Shown here one piece after another: positions 1 through 10,990 of a stretch of 64,000 nucleotides of DNA. The position numbers and the translations under genes are program-made. The notes under the pieces were generated by a model. The model ran no database searches. It worked only from the letters and a program-made list of their open reading frames with translations, and was not told the origin of the DNA. Source of the DNA: an uncultured Rhodopirellula sp. GTDB lineage: Bacteria; Planctomycetota; Planctomycetia; Pirellulales; Pirellulaceae. The number at the start of each line of letters is the position of its first letter. Position 1 is the first letter of the stretch. The stretch is taken from contig CAXGAI010000007.1 in NCBI GenBank assembly GCA_964007735.1, forward strand, positions 62,001 to 126,000, given 5' to 3'.

Positions 1-655
1 TGCCGTTGGATTCGATGTCCGTGAGTGTCCGGTTCAGAAAATTGTCCCTTGCAGCCTGTTCGATGGCTTCTGAAGCGAGTTGCGGTGGCAGTTGGGTTTG
101 GGACTCGCAAATGTGCATGAGACAGTCCTTCAGGAGCCGGGTAACCGTGTGAAGTTGTGAGAATTCACATTCATCACTATTGCTGATTCGTTCCAGTATT
201 TCGCTTTGCTGCCTTGAGGGCAGGTACGAGATAACAACTCCCGACAAGTCAAATGGCATTCTGGTAAGAATGACAGCCGCAATTTGTTTGTGTAACTTCC
301 CCAGGAATTGCGCGATTAGTGGTGGTGAAACCTGATAGAGAAATTGGAAATCAAATGGTTTTGTTTCACTAAACGGTGAGTACTTTGCTTCCGGTATACG
401 ATCAGCGGTCGCCTTTATTGATTGCTCGGGTTTTATCGACGGAGTTGACTTGACAGTTTCCGGGGTGCAAGTTGCCAGGAATTCCTCGATAACGGCTTGC
501 GATGACTTTAGGTCTTCGGCGGATAGATTTTCAACGGCCTGCCGAATACGGAATGCTTCTTGCTCATCTAGCCGCTGCAGAACTTCTTCGGCTTGTGAGG
601 GGGCGAGACTGTCAATGAGGATCGCAGCTTGTCGAATTGTATCGTGATCCATCAT
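1..655 (-). CDS. fliG: FliG-like flagellar switch protein, divergent, truncated by the window edge
   Basis: Not in the ORF track. Manual translation from ATG at 655 (ATGA overlap with the upstream stop) is open to the edge: MMDHDTIRQAAILIDSLAPSQAEEVLQRL...PFDFQFLYQVSPPLIAQFLGKLHKQIAAVILTRM, resembling FliG N and middle domains; follows a FliF-like gene. Confidence 0.7.
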   Translation of the reverse strand, partial: MMDHDTIRQAAILIDSLAPSQAEEVLQRLDEQEAFRIRQAVENLSAEDLKSSQAVIEEFLATCTPETVKSTPSIKPEQSIKATADRIPEAKYSPFSETKPFDFQFLYQVSPPLIAQFLGKLHKQIAAVILTRMPFDLSGVVISYLPSRQQSEILERISNSDECEFSQLHTVTRLLKDCLMHICESQTQLPPQLASEAIEQAARDNFLNRTLTDIESNG

Positions 656-2148
656 GGCGAGGTGTTGCTGATCCATTTCCGAAGAATGTCGGCCGCATCT
701 GCCGGAGCTTCATCTACCAGGGCATTTAATTCGTCCTTGAGGGTGAGAGCCGCCTCGGTTTTCGCAGAGTTGTTTTGAATGATGGGCGGTTTTTCCAGAT
801 GAGGCACCGCTGTTTGTTCTTTGACTGCCAGAGTCTTTTGCGAACCGTCGCTCGAAATTTCTTGGTGAGGTCTCTCAGAGATAATGACTCTGTCTTCGGG
901 AGATTTGGTATTGAGGTGAGAGTCGGAATTCCTTTTTCTAATCGGAAGTGTCCTATTGGTTGAGCGGTCTAGGTGCAGTTGTCTGTTTCTCCACATCAAG
1001 CCGTAAGCACAAGCGGCAATTAGAATGCCCATAGTGATTTCACGCCAGGCATTCTGAAGAAAAACACTCAGGACAGGTGCGGAATCGCCTGAGGGGTTTA
1101 AGGGTAGGTCTAGAATTGTTGCCACGTGAACGGTGAATTCGTCTAGGGTGGTGTGCGGTACTACGGGCATGACGCCCTGTACTAATTCGGTCACATTTTG
1201 TTTAACATCCTGTGCAATTGCCTGGCGTTGTGTTTGTGACGTTGCCTGGCGGCTTTCCGCGACCTGTTGGATATAGGAATCCGGGATACCGACGGATACC
1301 GTGGCATTCACCATTTTAGCGATTCCCGGAGTTTTTTCGGTGGCAACATCCACCGGATACAGGCCAACCTCGATTCGTGTGTTAGGGATGTCGATGAGGA
1401 GATTTGCTATTCGCCCACGCCACCAGCGTTCATAGTTTCGAAGCGCAATGTCGAGATTTGAGGCATTGTAATCTGAATCAGAGGCACCGAAGGTGTGTCC
1501 CGTATTGAGATCGATGACCACCACGTTGTTTCTCTCAAGACCGGCAAACCGCGCAGCGATGACTTCTCGGATGGCTTCCGAGGTTTCAAGCGTTACTTCG
1601 GTGTTGGTCGCGGCTTTGATCGCAGCCAGTGCTGTCATTTCTTTGCGACCGCTTAACCCTCGTTGTTGATGATCATCGATATTGATTTGTGCTTCGTCAA
1701 TGCCTGGGATTTGGGTAATGATTCTGGCCAGATCTTTTTCCCGGGCATTTCGCAAACGCATTTCACGCAATGATGGATTATCTAAGATGCTCCCGTTTTC
1801 CAGTACGGAGTCGACGTCTGAGCTGAAAGCATCCGATTCGAATTTACCTTCGATAGCCACCAGAAATTCAAGCCGCTGTTCTGTGGGGATCAGGATCTTC
1901 TTGTCTTGTAATTTCCAGCCTTTCAGCCCGGCGTTAGTGAAGTGTTGCGACAATTCCATGACTTCAGCATTTGAAAATTCGCGACGGTTTAACAGCGGTT
2001 CTAGCTGGGTTGGTGCATTACGGAATACTAAAGAGAAGGCGGAGAATAGAACAAGCAAAACGCAGATTCCCACAGTGATTCGCGCACGCGGACTAGCCTC
2101 GTGAAAACGAGCAGTCACGGCATTGGATAATTGCTGAAGTTTTTGCAT
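652..2148 (-). CDS. fliF: FliF/YscJ-like MS-ring protein, divergent
   Basis: N-terminal TM; AREKDLARIITQIPGIDEAQINI ring motif; VAARFAGL..NVVVIDLNTG-like segment; second TM; C-terminal LNALVDEAPADAADILRKWI typical of the FliF FliG-binding tail. Confidence 0.75.
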   Translation of the reverse strand: MQKLQQLSNAVTARFHEASPRARITVGICVLLVLFSAFSLVFRNAPTQLEPLLNRREFSNAEVMELSQHFTNAGLKGWKLQDKKILIPTEQRLEFLVAIEGKFESDAFSSDVDSVLENGSILDNPSLREMRLRNAREKDLARIITQIPGIDEAQINIDDHQQRGLSGRKEMTALAAIKAATNTEVTLETSEAIREVIAARFAGLERNNVVVIDLNTGHTFGASDSDYNASNLDIALRNYERWWRGRIANLLIDIPNTRIEVGLYPVDVATEKTPGIAKMVNATVSVGIPDSYIQQVAESRQATSQTQRQAIAQDVKQNVTELVQGVMPVVPHTTLDEFTVHVATILDLPLNPSGDSAPVLSVFLQNAWREITMGILIAACAYGLMWRNRQLHLDRSTNRTLPIRKRNSDSHLNTKSPEDRVIISERPHQEISSDGSQKTLAVKEQTAVPHLEKPPIIQNNSAKTEAALTLKDELNALVDEAPADAADILRKWISNTSP

Positions 2149-2176
2149 GATTTCCTAGGTGGTGTGAAATAGCGAG

Positions 2177-2683
2177 TCAGGCGACTTTTTGCCGTTGTAG
2201 TGATTGCAGAACGAGTGTGAAGATCGCTCCACCCTCGGGCTGATTACTCACGCGGATTCCTCCCCCATGTTTTTCCATGACCGTACGAACATTGGCCAGG
2301 CCAAGACCGGTTGCTCCGGGCCGGGTCGTATAAAATGGCTTGAAGATCTTGTATTCGACTCCGGGGAAAATGCCCGGTCCCTGATCGAGTACGTCAATTT
2401 CAATGGTTTGCCCCATTTTTTTTGCGGCCATAGTCACTCCTGCGGCCAACGGAGAATGTTCAATGGCATTCAATGCCAAGTTGGTTAATGCCATGCTGAT
2501 CCAGTTTGCATCGCCATAGGTTTGCAGTTGTGTTTGAGGTAAATCTAGCTGGCAGACAACTTGTCGCGCCTGGGCTTCTGTCTGAACTTTGTTAGTTGCT
2601 TCTGTAAGGGCTGTTTTCACGTCCACAACACCCCACTGGGGATGTTTTCGCTGAGTGAAAAAACTCAAGTTGTCAGACGCCAT
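2177..2683 (-). CDS. Stand-alone histidine-kinase-type ATPase (HATPase_c) domain protein
   Basis: N box (LTNLALNAIEH), G1 (DQGPGI), F (IFKPFYTT) and G2 (GATGLGL) present; no H-box or sensor domain. Confidence 0.8.
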   Translation of the reverse strand: MASDNLSFFTQRKHPQWGVVDVKTALTEATNKVQTEAQARQVVCQLDLPQTQLQTYGDANWISMALTNLALNAIEHSPLAAGVTMAAKKMGQTIEIDVLDQGPGIFPGVEYKIFKPFYTTRPGATGLGLANVRTVMEKHGGGIRVSNQPEGGAIFTLVLQSLQRQKVA

Positions 2684-2807
2684 AGGTTTGTTCTCAAACG
2701 GGCAAAGTATCGTCTAGATATTCGCGGCAAATTTGTACTGGATTGCTATCATCGCCGTCAATGCAGATATCTGGATAGAAAGGATGGGTTTTCCCTGGCG
2801 CAGCAAG

Positions 2808-2835
2808 AAGGGCTGCGATAAGAACCGCAGCCCTT
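2808..2835 (-). terminator. Probable intrinsic terminator of mdh
   Basis: 10-bp inverted repeat AAGGGCTGCG-N8-CGCAGCCCTT about 60 nt downstream of the mdh stop; only a short U-rich tail. Confidence 0.6.
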
Positions 2836-2891
2836 GAGGCTTAAGGGATGATTTCTAGCTGAATTTTGATGACTAGATGGTTAGATGACGG

Positions 2892-3848
<957 letters not shown>

Positions 3849-3951
3849 TCAAGCAATAAGTGGTTTGTGAATGCATAAAGAATAACACTGACTTAGATTG
3901 TCCGTCACTCAGATTCAGCGTCAAGATGTGACAGGTGGAAACTCGCCAGTT

Positions 3952-5622
3952 TTACGAAGCTTCCTCGTGGTCATCTAAAAATTCTAGATCGGAGAGCAAG
4001 TCTTCGTCCAGTCCGCCCGCGTGACGAGTTGTCTCAGTCTGTTTACGGAATCCATCGTCGACTCGATTGGTTCTTATCAACAAGCCGGCTATGACAAGTA
4101 GCAGCACAACAAAGCTTACTCCTAAATAGATGCTGCTCCGGGTTGAGTTCAATCCTGTCGGCTTATGAACAACGACATGATTGGTAATGAAGAGTGGGCT
4201 AAGTTGAGCCCGGCTCCCTCCTGCTTCGATGGTACGGGCACTTTGGTAAGTCCAAAGCTTAAAGAAGAAACCGTTCAGAGTGATATCTTCGTGTAAGGAG
4301 TTCCTGCGATAAGTACCATGTTGGATCTGAGTTTGAGCTGTCTCTAGTTCTGCAGGTAAGTCGATAAGGCAGATCTGTACAGGATATCGGTATTTATAAA
4401 TGAGGCCTTCTTTGTCGTCTTCCTTTGTTTTAAGTTCAATAGCCTCGTCACCCAGATAGACAAAGGCATCCAGTTGCCAGTAGTGATCGATACCTAGGCG
4501 ATGTTTCATTTTTTTATTACTAATTTCGACTTTCGTGATTTGCCTTACATCAGCATCGAGCTTAATAAATTCGCCTTGTAACGGTCCGGTATTTTGTAAG
4601 TAATCTGAAATGGAAGGCTGTGGCGGGGGGGAAACTTCAGCGATAACCTCTATTTCTCGGCGGGCTTCGGTCGATTTGACAATCGACATGATTTGAAAGA
4701 ACGCTTCTGTGTCAGAGCGATTCATTTTTTTGCCGTTGGATTTTCGCACCTCGTCCAGTAATCCCGCGTCAAATTCATATTTACTGAGTATTGCAACACC
4801 GGCATTGATGCCCTGATTGGCTGATGCTTTTTGCGGTAACCACTCTACACGTTGAGCTGCCAGGACAACTTCATACACTCCCCGGCCCTGTTCGGGCTCA
4901 TCCAAAGCCACGTTATGTTCTTCTGCGACTTTGAGTAACAGTCCATTGACGGCCGCAGGTCGGTTCAGCTCAAAGGAAGCATCCGGTGCCAAATCGGGTT
5001 TTTTACCGGTCTCAGCTTGATGGCTGCCAGTTGACGTCTTGCCTGTCGTTTTCCACTCTGACGGGAACCAGGCGATTGGCAGTTTGCGAGTGGCGATTCG
5101 GACGGAAATGTTTGAGTTTTGGGGTTTCATCCAAACCCAGAAGAAAGAACGGAATCCAAGTAACCGAGCGGCTTCCTCAACAATTGGCTGACGTTGAACT
5201 CGAATCACCGTTCCCCGAATGCGATAAAAGTCGACTCGATAGTCATCCGGAGTTTCCAGAAAGGCATTGAGTAAGGTGGCTGTGTCGAGCGTTTGTGCGT
5301 TTGACCAGCGCTTGATATCGCTACTATCTAATTCATAAAAGTTACGAAGAACATGCCCTGTTGTGTCAATGTCCTTGCCTGAAATCGGCTCGTAATCAAT
5401 GAGGAATCTTAACTGGCTGTCGCCAATGCCAGCGATTTCCAGCATTTGGCGGGCTGTTGTGGAATTGGTAATTGAGAACGGGATGATTTGGTCGCTGAGT
5501 CGATCCTCTTGCCAGGGAAGCGAACCTAATTCTTCAGGTTGTGCCAATGCGGAGTGACTCGTGATATTACCAAAGATCAGATAAAGCAACGGGAAGATTG
5601 TATGCTGAAGAGGCTTAAGCAT
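3952..5622 (-). CDS. Hypothetical exported protein with C-terminal TM anchor and duplicated OB-fold-like domains
   Basis: 556-aa ORF, signal-peptide-like N-terminus, C-terminal TM; shares motifs with the upstream gene (GFFFKLWTY...LSPLFI). Confidence 0.7.
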   Translation of the reverse strand: MLKPLQHTIFPLLYLIFGNITSHSALAQPEELGSLPWQEDRLSDQIIPFSITNSTTARQMLEIAGIGDSQLRFLIDYEPISGKDIDTTGHVLRNFYELDSSDIKRWSNAQTLDTATLLNAFLETPDDYRVDFYRIRGTVIRVQRQPIVEEAARLLGFRSFFWVWMKPQNSNISVRIATRKLPIAWFPSEWKTTGKTSTGSHQAETGKKPDLAPDASFELNRPAAVNGLLLKVAEEHNVALDEPEQGRGVYEVVLAAQRVEWLPQKASANQGINAGVAILSKYEFDAGLLDEVRKSNGKKMNRSDTEAFFQIMSIVKSTEARREIEVIAEVSPPPQPSISDYLQNTGPLQGEFIKLDADVRQITKVEISNKKMKHRLGIDHYWQLDAFVYLGDEAIELKTKEDDKEGLIYKYRYPVQICLIDLPAELETAQTQIQHGTYRRNSLHEDITLNGFFFKLWTYQSARTIEAGGSRAQLSPLFITNHVVVHKPTGLNSTRSSIYLGVSFVVLLLVIAGLLIRTNRVDDGFRKQTETTRHAGGLDEDLLSDLEFLDDHEEAS

Positions 5623-7150
5623 TGTCGGATGATTCCTCTTCGTTTCTTGCTGTTACTTCTATTTGGTTAATTAACAAAGTTTCCTGCTTGGACTCTTCTG
5701 AATTGTCAGCTTTGACTTCAGGAAGATCCTCGGTAGCCAATTTCCCCAGAGACTCCAGAACGGAAGGGCCGATTTCATCGTCATTTAATTGAGACAGTTG
5801 GTTTCCCACTGAATGGCGACTTGACCGTTTCCTTGAATCGTCATTATTCCAAATGCTTGCCACATAGACGCCGCCACTAACGGAGATAGCGATGATGATC
5901 GGAATGGCGATAATAGCCCAACCAGGAAAAGAGTCTTCAGAAGCTTTTTCTTCGGCCGCTGTTTCGAGGCGTTGTCCCTTGAACCAATCAAAGTTTTTAG
6001 CGAGGAGTAAGGGGGACGAGTGCATTTTCCCATCGCTACCCGGGTGGGCCCACGATTTGAAGAAGTAACCAGCTACTTCGACTACGTCGCCGATGTCCAG
6101 CGTTTTGCTATCCAGATTCTTATCGGGTAGTTGAGGGAAGTTTTTTGGTGTTTCAAGACTGTAAACGACAAAGGGTACCAGTGTGCCCCCGATAGGCTTA
6201 ATGATGATAACGTTATATTGCTTGATATTGAGTTCGTTATCTTGGGCCTGCACTCGGTAAGCTTTTCTGATTTCACCTCGTACGGTCACCAGACGTCCAC
6301 GGAATTGAGATTGTTGTGTTGCCAGTTCGAGAGCACTTACCCGAGCTGTGGAATGTTTGCGTATTACCGGATAACTATATTCCTGGAGTTGCTCGAGCAT
6401 CCGAAACCATGCGAGGTCGTCATTGATCGAAAAGATTGAGTGGTCTTGCAACATTGAAACCGAAAGCTGATCGATGATGCTTTGAGTAAATCGATATTCT
6501 TGTTCAAACTCAGTCGTGTTGGAGGGCTCCTCCAGAACTTCCAAAAAGGCTTTTCGATGGCGATCATTCCATTGTTGCCGGAGAGTTCCAACGACGGCCA
6601 TCCCTCGAGCCTTCTGGGCATCGGTCAAAGCGTTTTCACTGGAGTTGAGTGAAAGCATTACTTGTTGCACGTACTTTTGAAACAACTCGTCTATTTCCTG
6701 ATAGAGATCCCACCACGTTGTTTTGTGTTCATCATTGAGGATAGTTTTATGACGAGCTTTACGAATGGTGTCGACCACCAGTTTTCTTTGGCTGTATGTG
6801 AGGCGTTTGAAAATTACTTTCCACAAATCGACGTAGGTCTGACGGACATCAAGATCGGTTTGAGATAATTCACCGGTTTTTAGCATGCCATAGTGAGCCA
6901 ATGCTGGATATTCAAACTCGAACTGTGTTGTTTCACCGGTTTTGTTAGTTAGGTTTTGGTTAGTTACGGGATCTGAAGAACCGAAGAAGCTAAACATGCC
7001 GGGATCTGCGACCTTTTCGATAGCCAGCACGACTCCCATGAGTAACGCTACTAAGGCAAATAACTTGTACTGAACCCGGCGGGAAAAGTAATTGGGTGGT
7101 GCCTTGCGGTGCTTGTGCTCGGCTAATTCTTTGGAAGATCGAAAACGCAC
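5615..7150 (-). CDS. Hypothetical membrane protein, paralogous domain to the downstream gene
   Basis: 511-aa ORF with two TMs; FRGRLVTVRGEIRKA and GYFFKSWAH...SSPLLLA motifs; overlaps the next gene by 8 nt. Confidence 0.7.
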   Translation of the reverse strand: MRFRSSKELAEHKHRKAPPNYFSRRVQYKLFALVALLMGVVLAIEKVADPGMFSFFGSSDPVTNQNLTNKTGETTQFEFEYPALAHYGMLKTGELSQTDLDVRQTYVDLWKVIFKRLTYSQRKLVVDTIRKARHKTILNDEHKTTWWDLYQEIDELFQKYVQQVMLSLNSSENALTDAQKARGMAVVGTLRQQWNDRHRKAFLEVLEEPSNTTEFEQEYRFTQSIIDQLSVSMLQDHSIFSINDDLAWFRMLEQLQEYSYPVIRKHSTARVSALELATQQSQFRGRLVTVRGEIRKAYRVQAQDNELNIKQYNVIIIKPIGGTLVPFVVYSLETPKNFPQLPDKNLDSKTLDIGDVVEVAGYFFKSWAHPGSDGKMHSSPLLLAKNFDWFKGQRLETAAEEKASEDSFPGWAIIAIPIIIAISVSGGVYVASIWNNDDSRKRSSRHSVGNQLSQLNDDEIGPSVLESLGKLATEDLPEVKADNSEESKQETLLINQIEVTARNEEESSDNA

Positions 7151-7646
7151 GACAAATCCGTAAGGCTAGAAAAGAAGGTCGTCCTTATTCTAACATGAGG
7201 TGTTTAGTCGAGGAAATCCAGAGTTGTTTATAGAATGCGTGTAAGGGAGTCGGAGAATAGATAATGCACAGTGGTCGTTGTTAGAGCATTGTTTGAAAGC
7301 GATACTGCTCGGCTCATCTAAGTGTCTTTCTGGGATGTTGTTGACCTTTCGTGGGAGTTTAGGTGGCTTTGGTGCCAACTATGGAGTGATTTAACGATTT
7401 TTGAGTACTTTTCTGGACAGTTGTTACTCATTCTATAGGGGATAGATACTTGAATCAGCACTTCGAACTCAATAGGCTAGTAACATAGCCTGCAGTTATT
7501 ACTTCGAGCTGGGGAATTGCAAAATGAAGTGGCGGGCGTAATTGGCTTATCAACATGAAGGAACAGAGTGCTTTGTCGGGTTCAGAATTAGTACCCGACA
7601 GTATTTTATAGACTCTGTTAGTAGCGCAACTGGGGATCTCTCAACA

Positions 7647-10600
7647 ATGGTAAAGCGACTGGGCTACTTGCTATTATTGCTATTTGCTTTTGTTTCTTAT
7701 TCGCCGAATCAACTGCGAGCAGAAGAACCTGCCAGCCGGTTTCTGCAGGAACTTAGAAACCAGCGATATTTTGAATTAGCGGAGTATTATTTAGATCTTC
7801 AGGTTGGCAAAGAAATGCTCTCGGATGAATTCCGAGCCAAGATTGATCTGGAACGAGCGATGGTCATCCTTAGTGGAGCCCGAAATATTGCTAACGGTAC
7901 TGAGCGTGATAAGAAATTTGAAGAAGCTCAGACACTTCTTGAACGATTTTCTGCGGCGACGGAAGATACAGATTTAAAGATTCAATCGAACAATGAGCTT
8001 GGCAACCTATTGTTCCAGCGTGCTAAGTTGGTAGAGTTCGAGGGGGATAAAGAAGAAAATGCTCCACGAAAAGCTGAGTTCGTGACTCGTACACGGGATC
8101 TGCTGACCAAGGGACGCGACACTTACGTATTAGGACGTGACCATCTAAAAGCAGAGTTGGAAGCGATTCCTAAAGTACTCGATCCTCAAACCGAGAAAGA
8201 CCAAATAGAGCGTCGCGAGGCACTCTATGGTGAATATCTACAGTTGGTCATTACAACGAGTAAGTTGTTAGAAGAGATCGCTCAAACTTATCAGTCTGAT
8301 GCCGCAGAGTATAAAACCAATTACGAAGAAGCGATTAAAGAGTACGGTGCGATTGCTTCCAGATTCCGTCGTAAAGGTGTTGGGATCGTTGCACTGGTTT
8401 CACAGGGGCGTTGCTATCTGGCGATTGATGATACCAAACAGGCGTTGAGTTTCTTGCAGGAAGTTGTGGATCAGCGTGAAACTCCTGCGTTTCGCAACAT
8501 CGTGAATTTGGCGATGCCGCTGTATATGAGAACTCTAGTGGCTGCCGAAAAAACAGAAGATGCTATCACCATGGGAGTGGAATGGAATGATGGTATTCGC
8601 CCGAACGAACTTGCCAATGAGGAATGGCACGGATTTCAACTTGAACTGGCCAGGACATACCGCTCTAAAGCGGACGCATTGACAGCCGGAAAGCCTGATG
8701 ATGCGAAGGCTCGCCGGGCCTATGTTAGTGCTCGTAAACTGGCGCAGCAGGTACTGCGATATCCCGGGCGTGAAAAACAGAATGCTCGTGACTTACTGGC
8801 TTCTCTACCAAACCTGCCTGGGGGGGTTGAAGAAGAGGACTCTCCCCCTCAAAACTTTGACGAAGCACTTGCTAAAGGTAAGGAGTTGATGGAATCGGCT
8901 CAGGCGATGGAATTCACTATCAAAACATTGCCTGACACGATTGCGAATGAAGAGGATCCAGAGAATAAGAAAGTCTTGCAAGCTCAGCTTAATGAGGCGA
9001 GGCAAAACTACGGTAGCACGCAAAATACAGCGGTTTCCTATTATGAAATGGCACTCGCATTTACCGATTCAGAGACTCCTATCGCCTCACTTCAGGAGGT
9101 GTATTACTACCTGACCTTTATTAACTATAGTCGTGGTAATTACTATGAAGCGATTGTTCTGGGCGAGTATTTAGCCAGAAAATACCCTGGTGAGTCGGGC
9201 GCTCTTCCTTGTGCCAAAATTGTGCTTAGCTGTTATCAATTGCTTTACAACCAAGCGGTAGAAGACCAGCGTGAATTTGAAGTTAATGGGTTTATCGATA
9301 TTGCGGAGTACACAATTCAGAACTGGGAACAGAGCGAAGAAGCAAATGATGCACGACGTCGCCTTGTTCCTTATATGATGGAAGCAGGTCAGCTTGAAAA
9401 AGCGAAGCAAATCACTAGCCAGATCCCGGAAGAAACCCCGGAACGACTGGAGTCCGAACTGCGTATTGGGCGTACTTTGTGGTTCCAATATCGACGTGAT
9501 TCGCGGGAAGTTAATTCTTTGAAACGAGAAGCTCCCGATTCGCCCCGTATCGCTGAGTTAGAAAAGAATCTGCCCACACTCAAAGCCTCTGCCGGGGAAA
9601 TGCTGGAAGCAGCCGGAACTCGTTTGCAGGCAGGAACCGGGCTTAAGCTTAGCAACTCCAATGTGGCTGCTCTGCTCTCCCTGAGTCAATACTATGTCGA
9701 AATTGAAAAAGCTGAGTTGGCTTTGCTCCATTTGGAAAACGAGAATTATGGGCTATTGAGCTTGATTCAGAAAAAAGACCCTATTGCGAGTAAACCAGCT
9801 ACGATTGAATCGGCATTTCGAGCCGCACTGACAGGTTATATGTCGATGTTGGCAGGTGAAAACGGAGCGGCAAATATTGAAAAAGCCAAAGAGGTCATGC
9901 AGCAACTTAATAATGTTGTGGGAGATACTCCCGAAGGTAAAAAACGATTGGTCAGCGTTTATTTCACGCTGGCTCGTGATTTGGAAGAACAGCTTAATGC
10001 GGCCGAGACGGTTGAAAAGAAAAATGTTTTGGCGAATGGTTTTGAAACGTTTTTAGACGAAGTGGGCTCAACGGGAACCGACTTTAGCGTGCGGTACTGG
10101 GCCGCTTCGACATTACAGGGACTTGGTGCCAGCTTTGAAGCGAACAGTACCGTCACGGATAAAGCCAGGGATTACTACAGTAAGTCGGTGGCTCAGTTTA
10201 AGAGCATTGCTGATGAAGGCAAAAGTGATTTGAGTTGGATTAACGAGAATGAAGAGACAGGCAAAGCCTATCTAGCTCAGATTCGTATGAATATGGCTCA
10301 GGTAATGAAGAGACTCGGTCAGTATGAAGAGGCAACGAAAGAGCTGGCTTATATTCTTTTAGATACGCCATCGAATGTGTCGGTTCAAATTGAAGCTGCT
10401 AAGACATATAACGAGCTAGGGATGCAAAAGGGAGAGGAGTCGCAATTGCTTTATGCCATCGGTGGAGCGCGACCACGCGACGGAGAAAATCTTATTTGGG
10501 GGTGGCGAAAACTAGGGATGTTGACTCAGGGGAAAGAGCAATTTACCAACGAATATTACGAAGCTCGTCTCGGAATCGCGAAAGCCCGGCTTGAGATGGG

Positions 10601-10946
10601 TAGAGTGAAGCAAGGTGATGAGAGCAAGAAGCATATTGGTTATGCAGAATTGGAAATTCTAAATACATACAAAATTTATCCAGAATTGGGAGGAACCGAA
10701 TTTACTGCTCGGTTTGATAGCTTGCTTCGAACGATTCAAAAGGAATTAGGAAAGCCTGAAAACGGGTTGGCAGGTGCTGCTGATGCACCGCTAGCTACTA
10801 CCAATACTGATATCCCGGGTATGGAACCGCCGGCTGCTCCAGCTAAAAAGAAAGAGTCCAATAGCAACATGTTATTGTTCGCGTCGCTGGCAGGGATTTT
10901 TGCAGTCTTCGGTTTGATTTTGTACTTCTGGGTGAAAAAACTTTAA
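7647..10946 (+). CDS. Large exported TPR/alpha-solenoid protein with C-terminal membrane anchor
   Basis: Probable start MVKRLGYLLLLL (ATG 7647) with signal peptide; helical TPR-like repeats; Pro/Ala linker, TM and KKL at the C-terminus. Confidence 0.8.
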   Translation: MVKRLGYLLLLLFAFVSYSPNQLRAEEPASRFLQELRNQRYFELAEYYLDLQVGKEMLSDEFRAKIDLERAMVILSGARNIANGTERDKKFEEAQTLLERFSAATEDTDLKIQSNNELGNLLFQRAKLVEFEGDKEENAPRKAEFVTRTRDLLTKGRDTYVLGRDHLKAELEAIPKVLDPQTEKDQIERREALYGEYLQLVITTSKLLEEIAQTYQSDAAEYKTNYEEAIKEYGAIASRFRRKGVGIVALVSQGRCYLAIDDTKQALSFLQEVVDQRETPAFRNIVNLAMPLYMRTLVAAEKTEDAITMGVEWNDGIRPNELANEEWHGFQLELARTYRSKADALTAGKPDDAKARRAYVSARKLAQQVLRYPGREKQNARDLLASLPNLPGGVEEEDSPPQNFDEALAKGKELMESAQAMEFTIKTLPDTIANEEDPENKKVLQAQLNEARQNYGSTQNTAVSYYEMALAFTDSETPIASLQEVYYYLTFINYSRGNYYEAIVLGEYLARKYPGESGALPCAKIVLSCYQLLYNQAVEDQREFEVNGFIDIAEYTIQNWEQSEEANDARRRLVPYMMEAGQLEKAKQITSQIPEETPERLESELRIGRTLWFQYRRDSREVNSLKREAPDSPRIAELEKNLPTLKASAGEMLEAAGTRLQAGTGLKLSNSNVAALLSLSQYYVEIEKAELALLHLENENYGLLSLIQKKDPIASKPATIESAFRAALTGYMSMLAGENGAANIEKAKEVMQQLNNVVGDTPEGKKRLVSVYFTLARDLEEQLNAAETVEKKNVLANGFETFLDEVGSTGTDFSVRYWAASTLQGLGASFEANSTVTDKARDYYSKSVAQFKSIADEGKSDLSWINENEETGKAYLAQIRMNMAQVMKRLGQYEEATKELAYILLDTPSNVSVQIEAAKTYNELGMQKGEESQLLYAIGGARPRDGENLIWGWRKLGMLTQGKEQFTNEYYEARLGIAKARLEMGRVKQGDESKKHIGYAELEILNTYKIYPELGGTEFTARFDSLLRTIQKELGKPENGLAGAADAPLATTNTDIPGMEPPAAPAKKKESNSNMLLFASLAGIFAVFGLILYFWVKKL

Positions 10947-10990
10947 CGAACGATTTGATAAATAACGCAAACGCGTTTTTTGAAAGAATA

